18,279 bases of DNA. Source: a bacterium. GTDB lineage: Bacteria; Hydrothermota; 32-111. A program made the translations under genes and the position numbers. Every line of letters starts with the position of its first letter. Within the stretch, counting starts at the first letter, position 1. Shown here piece by piece: positions 1 to 8,421 of this stretch. The notes under the pieces are model-generated. The model had not been told where the DNA came from. It made no database searches and saw only the letters and a program-made list of their open reading frames with translations. The stretch is taken from positions 1 to 18,279 of the forward strand of contig JAWOBN010000050.1 of the NCBI GenBank assembly GCA_046484245.1, given 5' to 3'.

Positions 1-1
1 A

Positions 2-754
2 GTACAGGTCAGTTACAAAAATATTACCCGGCTGGTGGGAAAAGATTTGGGCAACGAAACCATCAAAAAAATCCTCACCTCGCTGGAAATTGAGATTGAA
101 AACGAATCCGAAACCGGGTTGTCGCTGCTGGTTCCGCCTTACCGCGTGGATGTAACTCGAGAAGCGGATGTGATTGAGGAAATCCTGCGCATTTACGGCT
201 ACAACAACGTGGAAATACCGGGGGTGGTAAAATCGTCGCTGCAGTATGCGAAACAACCCGACCCCGACCAAGTGCGCAATCTGGTGGCCGAAATGCTCAC
301 AGCACAGGGTTTCAACGAAATCTGGTCGAACTCGCTGACCAAAGCCGGGTATTACGACGGACTGGAACAATACAAAGCGGAACAGACCGTGAACCTGCTG
401 AACCCGCTCAGCGCTGACCTGAACGGCATGCGCCAGACACTGCTTTTCGGCGGACTGGAATGTGTGGCATACAACGCCAACCGCCAGAACAAAAACCTGA
501 AACTGTATGAATTTGGCAACTGCTATTTTTTTAAAGGAACAGAACTGAAAGAAAACCCGGTGCGCAATTACCACGAAGAGGAGCACCTCGGGCTGTTTAT
601 CACCGGCGCCAAAACCCCCGAAAGCTGGACCGGGGAACAGCAACCCACTACTTTCTTCCAACTAAAATCTATTGCTGAAAATATACTGAAACGGATGGGG
701 TTTGTTATCAGCATGCTCAACGTTCAGCATCCCTCTATTCTGTTTTTGCACTGA
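2..754 (+). CDS. pheT: Phenylalanine-tRNA ligase beta subunit, internal fragment (5' cut by window edge, 3' truncated at junction ~700-727)
   Basis: Frame is open from base 2 (VQVSYKNITRLVGK...). B5-domain motif VPPYRVDVTREADVIEEILRIYGYNN, then LLNPLSADLNGMRQTLLFGGLE and LYEFGNCY. The C-terminal anticodon-binding domain is missing, and the last ~10 codons read out of frame into transketolase sequence. Confidence 0.93.
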   Translation, partial: VQVSYKNITRLVGKDLGNETIKKILTSLEIEIENESETGLSLLVPPYRVDVTREADVIEEILRIYGYNNVEIPGVVKSSLQYAKQPDPDQVRNLVAEMLTAQGFNEIWSNSLTKAGYYDGLEQYKAEQTVNLLNPLSADLNGMRQTLLFGGLECVAYNANRQNKNLKLYEFGNCYFFKGTELKENPVRNYHEEEHLGLFITGAKTPESWTGEQQPTTFFQLKSIAENILKRMGFVISMLNVQHPSILFLH

Positions 755-1329
755 AGGGGCTTATAGATGAAGAGGAGCTCACTACTTTCAGAAAGATAGA
801 TTCGCGCCTGCAGGGACATCCGTCCCACAAATCCCTCCCCTATGTTGAACAGTCAACAGGTTCACTCGGTCAGGGACTGTCATTTGCAAATGGTGTGGCT
901 CTGGGTCTTAAACTGGATAAGATTGACTCTCATGTGTACTGTCTCATAGGAGACGGTGAGATCAATGAGGGGCAGATATGGGAAGCATTGATGACATCCA
1001 ATAAAAACTCACTGGATAATCTCACTGTGATACTGGACTACAATCATCTGCAGATAGACGGATTCATTGAAGACATCAAGAATCCGATGCCTACTCGCGA
1101 CAGATTTGAGAGTTTCGGATTCAATGTAATTGAGATTGACGGACATGATTTTGATGATATCAAGAGGGGTTTTGACTGCTGCAGTGATTCAATCAAACCC
1201 AATTTCATTATAGCACATACAGTAAAAGGCAAGGGTGTATCATTCATGGAGAATGAGGCGGGATGGCACGGCTCCCCGCCTGACAAGGAGCAGTATGAAA
1301 AAGCAATGAAGGAGCTCAAGGGTGACTGA
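724..1329 (+). CDS. tkt: Transketolase, N-terminal (TPP-binding) subunit, 5'-truncated
   Basis: Homology extends in frame upstream of the track's 895 start: SASLYSVFALKG...FRKIDSRLQGHPS...STGSLGQGLSFANG, then the TPP motif GDGEINEGQIWEA...N and HTVKGKGVSFME..WHG. The in-frame stop at 676-678 and the missing N-terminus show truncation. Confidence 0.92.
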   Translation, partial: SASLYSVFALKGLIDEEELTTFRKIDSRLQGHPSHKSLPYVEQSTGSLGQGLSFANGVALGLKLDKIDSHVYCLIGDGEINEGQIWEALMTSNKNSLDNLTVILDYNHLQIDGFIEDIKNPMPTRDRFESFGFNVIEIDGHDFDDIKRGFDCCSDSIKPNFIIAHTVKGKGVSFMENEAGWHGSPPDKEQYEKAMKELKGD

Positions 1330-2263
1330 AAAATACTCCCTCAGGGGACATTACGGCAAATTGCTCACAGAAGCAGGCAGAAAATATCCCAATATAGTTG
1401 TACTTGATGCTGATCTGGCAAAATCAACAAAGACAGAACAGTTCAAGAAAGAGTTCCCCGGCAGATTCTTTGACATGGGTGTTGCTGAGGCGGATATGAT
1501 GGCAACAGCAGCCGGTCTTGCATCAACAGGAAAGAATGTCTTCTGCTCCACATTTGCCATATTTGCATCAGGCAGGGCATGGGATCAGGTGCGTAATTCA
1601 ATCGCTTATCCCGGATGGCCTGTCAAGATCATTGTCACTCACGGCGGTATTTCACTGGGTGAGGACGGTGCATCCCATCAGGCAAATGAGGATATTGCCC
1701 TTATGAAGGTCATTCCCGGAATGACTGTTGTTGTACCCTCCGACATTGTAATGCTTGAAGGTCTGTTCAATGAGATAATTGATTTTGATTCATACATATA
1801 TGTCCGTCTGCCCAGGATAAAACTGCCTCTTGTGCACAGCGAGGACACGAAATTTGAAATCGGGAAAGGCATTGAACTGAAAGAGGGCAGAGATATCACG
1901 ATAATTGCATCAGGGTCAATGGTTCATCAGGCAAATAACACATTGCGCAGATTCAAGAGTCTTGATATTGATGCGGGCCTTGTTGACATGTTCACAGTAA
2001 AACCGCTTGACAGGGAATTGCTCACGCGTATTGCAGCAAGGACCAAGGGCATTCTGGTCTGTGAGGAACACCAGATGCACGGAGGTCTTGCTGATTCCAT
2101 TGCCTCAGCACTGGGCGAGATCCACCCCCTTCCGCTTGAGCGCATCGGCATAGAGGATTCATTCGGTGAATCCGGGACACCTGCTCAATTATTCAAGAAA
2201 TATAAACTGGATGAGGAAAGTATTATTGAAAAAGGGAAGAAACTCTATGATAGAATTTCATGA
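1322..2263 (+). CDS. tkt: Transketolase, C-terminal (pyrimidine-binding/C-terminal domain) subunit
   Basis: LDADLAKST, FFDMGVAEADM, THGGISLGEDGASHQ, EEHQMHGGL, FGESG. GTG start overlaps the upstream stop (GTGACTGA). Confidence 0.93.
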   Translation: MTEKYSLRGHYGKLLTEAGRKYPNIVVLDADLAKSTKTEQFKKEFPGRFFDMGVAEADMMATAAGLASTGKNVFCSTFAIFASGRAWDQVRNSIAYPGWPVKIIVTHGGISLGEDGASHQANEDIALMKVIPGMTVVVPSDIVMLEGLFNEIIDFDSYIYVRLPRIKLPLVHSEDTKFEIGKGIELKEGRDITIIASGSMVHQANNTLRRFKSLDIDAGLVDMFTVKPLDRELLTRIAARTKGILVCEEHQMHGGLADSIASALGEIHPLPLERIGIEDSFGESGTPAQLFKKYKLDEESIIEKGKKLYDRIS

Positions 2264-2954
2264 TGTATCCAAGGCATTCAAGAGAGAATGGCTTGCAATA
2301 AAGAACATTGATCTGAAAATCGGCAAAGGTGAATTCACATTCCTCATCGGTAAATCCGGTGCGGGGAAATCCACAATAATGAAGATGATATATATGGATC
2401 TTTTCCCTGACGAGGGTTATGTCACTGTTGCAGGACATGATTCCAGGACAATAAAGAGGAAGGAGATACCTTTCCTCAGAAGGAAGATAGGTGTGATATT
2501 CCAGGATTTCAAACTCCTGCCTGACAGGAATGTCTATGACAATGTTGCATTCGCACTCAAGGTTACAGGTGAACCCTATGGCAATATAAAGAAGAAGACA
2601 CTTGATGCCCTTGCATCAGTCAAGATGTCGCATAAACGCAATTCATTCCCCTATCAGCTCTCCGGCGGTGAACAGCAGAAAGTATCCATTGCACGGGCAA
2701 TTATCAGGGAGCCCTTTATACTGCTGGCAGATGAGCCTACAGGCAATGTTGACCCGGAGGGTTCCAAAGAGATAATGCACCTCCTCAAGGAGATCAATAC
2801 ACAGGGTACTGCTGTTCTTATGGCAACGCATGATCATTCCCTGCTTGAATATGAGACAGGAAAGGTCTTGGGCATACGGGAAGGCAAGATGGTTCCCCCA
2901 GAGGATATTTTCCATAAAGTGGACATGATAAGAGCATCGGAGGGTGAAGAATGA
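2247..2954 (+). CDS. ftsE: Cell division ABC ATPase FtsE
   Basis: Likely start is ATG 2247 (MIEFHDVSK). Walker A GKSGAGKST, LRRKIGVIFQDFKLL, LSGGEQQ, LLADEPTGN, MATHD. Followed by ftsX. Confidence 0.93.
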   Translation: MIEFHDVSKAFKREWLAIKNIDLKIGKGEFTFLIGKSGAGKSTIMKMIYMDLFPDEGYVTVAGHDSRTIKRKEIPFLRRKIGVIFQDFKLLPDRNVYDNVAFALKVTGEPYGNIKKKTLDALASVKMSHKRNSFPYQLSGGEQQKVSIARAIIREPFILLADEPTGNVDPEGSKEIMHLLKEINTQGTAVLMATHDHSLLEYETGKVLGIREGKMVPPEDIFHKVDMIRASEGEE

Positions 2955-3841
2955 TTTATATTATACAGGAAGCATTCAAGGGATTCGGCAAGAATAAATC
3001 AATGTCATTTATCACAGTGGGCATTATTACAATATCTATTTTTATTTTCGGGCTCTTCATTGTCGGTACTGCCAATTTGATGAATATTATCAAGATGGCA
3101 GAGGACAAGATTGAGATGATAGCTTATGTTGAGGATGATACTTCAGATGAGGACATTGCAGTGCTTAAAAGAAGGATACTCTCCATTGCCGGTGTGCAGG
3201 ATGTGGAATTCATATCCAAGGACATGGCTCTCAGGAAATTCAAGAACCAGTTTTCCGACAACAGTGATTTGCTCACAGTATTTGAGACAAATCCCCTGCC
3301 CGCTTCATTCAAGATATTTGTCTCAATGGCATACAAGAATCCTGAAAATCTACGCGATATATCCAATAAGATAATGCTCTTTGAGAATATTGACAGCATA
3401 GATTACGGTGCGGAGTGGATTGAGGAACTGGACAGGACTGTCAAAATACTGTTCCTCATAGATCTCATACTGGGTATTATCATTGCCCTTTCATCAATAT
3501 TCATTGTGTTCAATACAATACGCCTTACAGTATATGCCAGAAAGGAACAGATAGATATCATGGATCTTGTGGGAGCAACAAGCTCATATATTGAGATACC
3601 CTATATTATTGAGGGTATAATACACGGACTGACCGGTTCAATCATATCAGCAGGCATACTGTATCTTCTCATGAAATTCCTCAGTTCAAAACTGCCTGAT
3701 ATAATATTCATGAATAATGCCATTATGGTGATACTCGTTGTCTTCGGTGTTCTGCTCGGATTTACAGGCAGCTTTATGTCAGTGAAGCAGTGTATGAAGG
3801 AGATAAGGGAAATAAAGGTGTCGGAAGGGCCCAAACTCTGA
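2951..3841 (+). CDS. ftsX: Cell division permease FtsX
   Basis: One TM helix, an extracellular domain (NPLPASF), then three TM helices; NTIRLTVYARKEQIDIMDLVGAT..YI..PY..EG. ATGA overlap with ftsE. Confidence 0.93.
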   Translation: MIYIIQEAFKGFGKNKSMSFITVGIITISIFIFGLFIVGTANLMNIIKMAEDKIEMIAYVEDDTSDEDIAVLKRRILSIAGVQDVEFISKDMALRKFKNQFSDNSDLLTVFETNPLPASFKIFVSMAYKNPENLRDISNKIMLFENIDSIDYGAEWIEELDRTVKILFLIDLILGIIIALSSIFIVFNTIRLTVYARKEQIDIMDLVGATSSYIEIPYIIEGIIHGLTGSIISAGILYLLMKFLSSKLPDIIFMNNAIMVILVVFGVLLGFTGSFMSVKQCMKEIREIKVSEGPKL

Positions 3842-5041
3842 TTATTTTCCGTCTTTCTGCTCAAACACAGTAACGGAATTCTTCCTTGAAATCACATAAT
3901 CACCGGGTGATGAATAGTATTCATTTGCATCAGAATATACCTTTAGAGAATAATCGTCAATATCGGGATATCCCCTGTCCTTGAATCTGCTGAACTCCCT
4001 GATAAACATATTATGCGCTTCGGGATTGCCCCAGATGTGGAGTTTCCTGTCTATGAGAATGGCTATGCCGCTTGACTTTGTTGTTTTGAGGAATATGCCG
4101 TATCCCCTCTTCACAGAATCAGCATCCTGCAGGAAATAGCAAATGCCCCGTTTATTGTTAAGTGAGAGGAACAGGAAGAAATCATTTATCTCACGGTCAG
4201 AGAAATCCGCTATTTTATCTGAGAAATCCTCATCAATTACAGCATATTGATTGATTATCTTATACAATGTATTGAGCTCTTTCTTCGTATATGAATAATG
4301 CGTCAGTATGGAGAACTTGCCCTTCAAATGATAGAAATGCACATAGTGAAGAAGTCTGCCCTCAAGATACTTTTCCCTTGTCTTCTTCAATCTGACCAGA
4401 ACCTCCATACCGCGGGTAATAAGCGGTGCTATTATAGTCCCGCCTATTTTAAGCTGGTCTATCCAGTATTTTGTGATATCAGCTGTTGCGCATGTGACAA
4501 ATATGGCATCATACGGTGCAAAATCCTCAATACCATACCCGCCGTCACATCGCGAAATATAGACATTCTCTCTCTCGTATCCGTTCTCCCTGAGATTCTG
4601 TTTGGCAATACTGTGTATATCCTCATTGATTTCACAGGAGAACACATGACCCGTTTTGCCGACAATCTCAGAGAGGAGGGCAATATTGTAGCCTGAACCT
4701 GTGCCCACTTCAAATATCTTGTGACCCTTTGCCGGCTCTATCTGTTCAATCATCTCAGCAATAAGAGACGGTGAGGACATGGATGAAACATCCATTCCAT
4801 TTTCAGCATGAAACACAACAGACCTGTCTGCATAGATGTATTCAAGCAATTCATTGTTCTTTATATAATCCTCCCTGAAGTACTGCTTCAATTCACTGTC
4901 TTCATACCTGTAGAAAGAGGGAAGGAATTTATGCCTCTGTATTTTCCGGAATGCATTGATATAATCGTCTGTCCTGAGATATCCCTTTGATTTGATATCA
5001 TTTATCAATTGTTTATGATAACCGGACAATTTATTGAACAT
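3842..5041 (-). CDS. pcm: Protein-L-isoaspartate O-methyltransferase (PIMT) family with long C-terminal extension
   Basis: The listed protein is encoded by the reverse complement (CAT at 5039-5041, TTA at 3842-3844). Motifs RHKF, SSMSSPSLIAEM, EVGTGSGYN, DGGYG...APYDAIFVT, QLKIGG..IAP. Start 5041 preferred over 5065 because of the promoter position. Confidence 0.85.
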   Translation of the reverse strand: MFNKLSGYHKQLINDIKSKGYLRTDDYINAFRKIQRHKFLPSFYRYEDSELKQYFREDYIKNNELLEYIYADRSVVFHAENGMDVSSMSSPSLIAEMIEQIEPAKGHKIFEVGTGSGYNIALLSEIVGKTGHVFSCEINEDIHSIAKQNLRENGYERENVYISRCDGGYGIEDFAPYDAIFVTCATADITKYWIDQLKIGGTIIAPLITRGMEVLVRLKKTREKYLEGRLLHYVHFYHLKGKFSILTHYSYTKKELNTLYKIINQYAVIDEDFSDKIADFSDREINDFFLFLSLNNKRGICYFLQDADSVKRGYGIFLKTTKSSGIAILIDRKLHIWGNPEAHNMFIREFSRFKDRGYPDIDDYSLKVYSDANEYYSSPGDYVISRKNSVTVFEQKDGK

Positions 5042-5075
5042 GTATTTATTATATGCACATTGCATAATTTTTCAA
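5042..5075 (-). promoter_or_regulatory. Sigma70-type promoter of pcm, leaderless geometry
   Basis: Minus strand: TTGAAA(5075-5070)-16 nt-TATAAT(5053-5048)-6 nt-ATG(5041); no Shine-Dalgarno (SD). Confidence 0.7.
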
Positions 5076-5082
5076 TGGTATC

Positions 5083-5178
5083 TTATTACTCAAAAATAAA
5101 GTACTTGAAAGACATATGTTTCCACATAAATAATAATGAGGCGAGGACAGTTCTCAGAAAGCACCTTTGCCAACCCGT
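5083..5178. repeat. Dispersed ~95-nt intergenic element, copy A
   Basis: Aligns with 12645-12736. First 48 nt are 43/48 identical, followed by shared ATGAGGCG, CAGTTCTCAGAAAGC and CAACCCGT. Confidence 0.85.
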
Positions 5179-5353
5179 GCATAACCGGTAATTCGGTTCT
5201 GATGAGAATGTGTGAGCCTCACCGTCAATACATCAATCGCTATGCTCAATGATTTTTTATTAAGAAAACAAACATTACATAATAATTATATTCAGCGACT
5301 TTTTCTTATGAGGAAAGACGTGGTATTGCACCTGATGAGAGAGGAGGATTCAA

Positions 5354-5387
5354 TTGACACCCTCTGCTTTTCAGTTAATATAATATT
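5354..5387 (+). promoter_or_regulatory. Sigma70-type promoter of the CDF gene, leaderless geometry
   Basis: TTGACA(5354-5359)-16 nt-TAATAT(5376-5381)-6 nt-ATG(5388); no SD next to the ATG. Confidence 0.65.
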
Positions 5388-6572
5388 ATGAACAGATTTT
5401 TCTCATTCATCCTGAAAAGGAATCTTGATTCAGCGGATTATTCTGACCCTGACACGCGCTCGGGTGTAGCCAATCTTCAGGGTACAGGTTCTATTATAGT
5501 CAATGCGTTAATTTTCATTATTAAACTCTCTGCCGGTATTCTCATTAACTCCATCTCCCTGATTGCCGACAGTATTCACACACTTTCCGATATACTGTCA
5601 TCCATCATAATAATGGTGGGTTTCAAACTGGCGCGGAAACCTGCAGACAGTAAGCATCCCTTCGGGCATCAGAGAATTGAGTCCATTACAGGCATAATAG
5701 TTGCAGTGCTCCTTATTGTCACAGGCATTGAATTCCTCAGATCATCCTTTGAGAGGATACTGGAACCGGGGATATCCCTCTCTCACAGTATTATCATTGT
5801 ACTGGTCATTGTGACTATTGTCCTGAAGGAATTACTGGCCCGCTTTGCACTGTTTCTGGGTAGAACAATTAATTCATCCGCAATAAAGGCTGATTTCTGG
5901 CATCACAGGATTGACGCAGTGTCATCGCTTTTTGTTCTTATTGCACTTATTTCCAATGCTCTGGGATTCCCCTCAATTGACGGATACATGGGCATACTTG
6001 TCTCATTGATGATAATGTACAGCGGCATAAAGATACTGATGGAGAATTCTGATGAATTGATAGGTTCACCCCCTGCTGATGATTTGATTGCAAAAATAGA
6101 ATCCATTGTTGACAGGTTCAAAGACAGAGGGGTTTTCGGCATACATGACCTTATTGTCAATTATTACGGCAACCGGATTGTGGGTTCACTCCATATTGAA
6201 ATTGACGAGCAGATATCACTGATGGATGCACATACGATTTCAGAGGATATTGAGGATACAATTGACAATGAGACCGGTATGTATATTACAATTCACATAG
6301 ACCCCCTCAATGTGCATAATCCCCTTGTCAATGACATAAGAAATACCCTGCGGGAATTTGCCCGGAGATATGATGAAATTGATTCTGTCCATGATGTGAG
6401 ACTCATAGGCAGTGACAACTGGCTCAATGTGGCTTTTGATTTATCCATAAACAGTAATATACCCGAAAAGAGGAAAGAGGATATCCGCAGTGATATGCTT
6501 CATCACCTCAAATCACATTACAGTGATATACACGATATTGTGATAAAATTTGAACCTCTCTTTTCATATTAG
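5388..6572 (+). CDS. Cation diffusion facilitator (CDF) family metal transporter
   Basis: SISLIADSIHTLSD, KPADSKHPFGHQRIE, ADFWHHRID; ~6 TM segments; C-terminal IHDL...HIE...AH...IHIDP dimerisation domain. Confidence 0.93.
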   Translation: MNRFFSFILKRNLDSADYSDPDTRSGVANLQGTGSIIVNALIFIIKLSAGILINSISLIADSIHTLSDILSSIIIMVGFKLARKPADSKHPFGHQRIESITGIIVAVLLIVTGIEFLRSSFERILEPGISLSHSIIIVLVIVTIVLKELLARFALFLGRTINSSAIKADFWHHRIDAVSSLFVLIALISNALGFPSIDGYMGILVSLMIMYSGIKILMENSDELIGSPPADDLIAKIESIVDRFKDRGVFGIHDLIVNYYGNRIVGSLHIEIDEQISLMDAHTISEDIEDTIDNETGMYITIHIDPLNVHNPLVNDIRNTLREFARRYDEIDSVHDVRLIGSDNWLNVAFDLSINSNIPEKRKEDIRSDMLHHLKSHYSDIHDIVIKFEPLFSY

Positions 6573-6582
6573 GAGGCATATA

Positions 6583-7725
6583 ATGAATAAAGAGCTTATT
6601 CTCAATGATTTGATAAATATATCCATTCAGATATCATCAGTCAAATCACTGAACAGTCTGCTGGACACTATTGTCAGGAAGGCGCGGGACATAACCAGTG
6701 CTGATGCAGGTTCTCTGTATCTCAAGGAGGGAGACAGTCTCCGCTTTATTATTGCCCAGAATGATACACTGAACAATACACAGACATTCAATACATTGAT
6801 GCCTTCCGATAAATCATCCATAGCCGGATATACAGCTGAGACAGGCAAGACAGTGAATATTGAAGATGTCTATGAGATAAAAGAGCAGTATCCATTTGAC
6901 TATAACAGGGATTTTGACGAGAAGAACAATTACAGATGCAAGTCCATGCTCGCAGTACCGATGAAGGACAGCAGTGACAATGTCATTGGTGTGATACAGC
7001 TTATCAATGCAATGGACAAGGATGGCAATATCATCAGCTTCCCCCGGGAATTGGAGAATCCGGTCAATTCATTCGCTTCAATGGCTGCAGTATCTGTGAA
7101 GAATATGCAGCTTAAGGATAATATCAAGAAGGCATATCTTGATACAATTTACAGGCTTTCAGTTGCAGCTGAATTCAAGGATACGGACACAGGCCTGCAC
7201 ATCAGAAGAATGAGCAGATACTCGGAGCTTATATGCAGATACCTCGGCTGCAGTGATGATTTCTGCGAACTGATACTCTATGCCAGTCCACTCCATGATG
7301 TGGGCAAAATAGGAATACCGGACAGCATATTGACAAAACCCGCTAAACTGGATGATGATGAATGGAAGAAAATGAAGACACACACAACAATGGGTTATCA
7401 GATACTGGAGGATTCGGATTATGAATTGATAAAAACAGCTGCATCAATTGCACTCCATCATCATGAGAGATTTGACGGCAGAGGCTATCCCAATGGAATA
7501 TCGGGCGAAGACATCCCCCTTGAGGGACGCATAGTATCTCTTGCCGATGTATTTGACGCATTGTCATCAAGGAGACCGTATAAGGACCCCTGGCCTCTTG
7601 ATAAAATACTCGGAGTTATTCATGAGGAGAAAGACAAACAGTTTGACTCAAGGATTATTGATGCATTTGACAATGCTCTGGATGATATTCTTGCAGTAAG
7701 AGATGAGATGCAGGAATTATCATAA
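6583..7725 (+). CDS. GAF + HD-GYP domain cyclic-dinucleotide phosphodiesterase
   Basis: SD AGGAGG at 6571-6576 before ATG 6583. GAF domain (ADAGSLYL...SIAGY...NIEDVY...SMLAVPM...IGVIQLIN), then LHDVGKIG, HHHERFDGRGYP and ADVFDAL..RRPYK. Confidence 0.92.
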   Translation: MNKELILNDLINISIQISSVKSLNSLLDTIVRKARDITSADAGSLYLKEGDSLRFIIAQNDTLNNTQTFNTLMPSDKSSIAGYTAETGKTVNIEDVYEIKEQYPFDYNRDFDEKNNYRCKSMLAVPMKDSSDNVIGVIQLINAMDKDGNIISFPRELENPVNSFASMAAVSVKNMQLKDNIKKAYLDTIYRLSVAAEFKDTDTGLHIRRMSRYSELICRYLGCSDDFCELILYASPLHDVGKIGIPDSILTKPAKLDDDEWKKMKTHTTMGYQILEDSDYELIKTAASIALHHHERFDGRGYPNGISGEDIPLEGRIVSLADVFDALSSRRPYKDPWPLDKILGVIHEEKDKQFDSRIIDAFDNALDDILAVRDEMQELS

Positions 7726-8382
7726 TCCTATTTCACTGAGAGCCACCACTTTGTCATCACTCAACCTTTTCAGTGTCATCATAATTCTATCCCCCTCTTC
7801 TGCTCTGAAAATCTCCAATCTGTCTCCATTGAAGCATTCTCTCTTGTAATTGATATCCATTGACAAAACAGCATCTGTCCGGGCACCCCCAAGCATCCAT
7901 TCTATGTAATGGGTATTATTGACATGGCCATTCACATCAATATGCGTGTCATTCACATCAATAAACCCCATACTCTCTGCTGTACTGTTTTCCGCAGTCA
8001 ATCGCGGGGGTTTTGTAAAATCATTGCCTGCATGAGAACTCTTCAATGTATCCTTCAGGGGCATGCGGCTGTCAATATCAATTATGAGCCATGCACTCTC
8101 AGCATTTGCCGGCTCATTACCGGCAGTATCCGTTATCTCAAATGCCCTGTAATAGAAGAGCCTGTCTGTACCCCGGGGATAGGTTCTTATGTCTATACTC
8201 TCATTCTGCTGAAGCGGTCTTTCAAACATAATGCTGAACCTTGATATCACCCAGGCAGTATTCCGGGATTTCATGAAATCATAACCGAATCCCAGTTTGC
8301 GTGCATCAGCTGATGCAAGATACATCATATACTCAATCAATCGGGGGATATCACCATTGAAGACAAATTTGCCTGTAATCAC
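7720..8382 (-). CDS. Acyl-ACP thioesterase family (double hotdog fold)
   Basis: LGFG...WVISR, IDVNGHVNNTHYIEW, INYKREC. GTG start is uncertain and has no SD. Confidence 0.82.
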   Translation of the reverse strand: MITGKFVFNGDIPRLIEYMMYLASADARKLGFGYDFMKSRNTAWVISRFSIMFERPLQQNESIDIRTYPRGTDRLFYYRAFEITDTAGNEPANAESAWLIIDIDSRMPLKDTLKSSHAGNDFTKPPRLTAENSTAESMGFIDVNDTHIDVNGHVNNTHYIEWMLGGARTDAVLSMDINYKRECFNGDRLEIFRAEEGDRIMMTLKRLSDDKVVALSEIGL

Positions 8383-8391
8383 TTTAGGAAT

Positions 8392-8412
8392 GGGCAGGGC
8401 TGAGCCCTGCCC
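8392..8412 (-). terminator. GC-rich hairpin after ferritin (possible terminator or stabiliser)
   Basis: GGGCAGGGC-TGA-GCCCTGCCC perfect inverted repeat; weak U-tract. Confidence 0.5.
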
Positions 8413-8421
8413 GATAATATA

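Noticed and set aside
720..760. Programmed frameshift producing a PheT-transketolase fusion
   Set aside because: No slippery site, both proteins lack essential parts, and the codon style changes; a chimera is simpler.
2166..2246. Longer N-termini offered by the track for ftsE (2166), and similarly HD-GYP (6550) and the small TPR (15990)
   Set aside because: They overlap upstream genes; family N-termini and SD positions favour 2247, 6583 and 15963.
5299..5344. Second GAAA...CTGATGAG arrangement as another hammerhead
   Set aside because: Too little sequence between the motifs for stems I and III, and the flanking pairing relies on many G-U pairs.
5130..5345. Known riboswitch (NiCo, SAM-I, fluoride, c-di-GMP) upstream of CDF/HD-GYP
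   Set aside because: I could not match the conserved cores by eye, and the CDF promoter appears to lie downstream of this region. An Rfam scan would be decisive.
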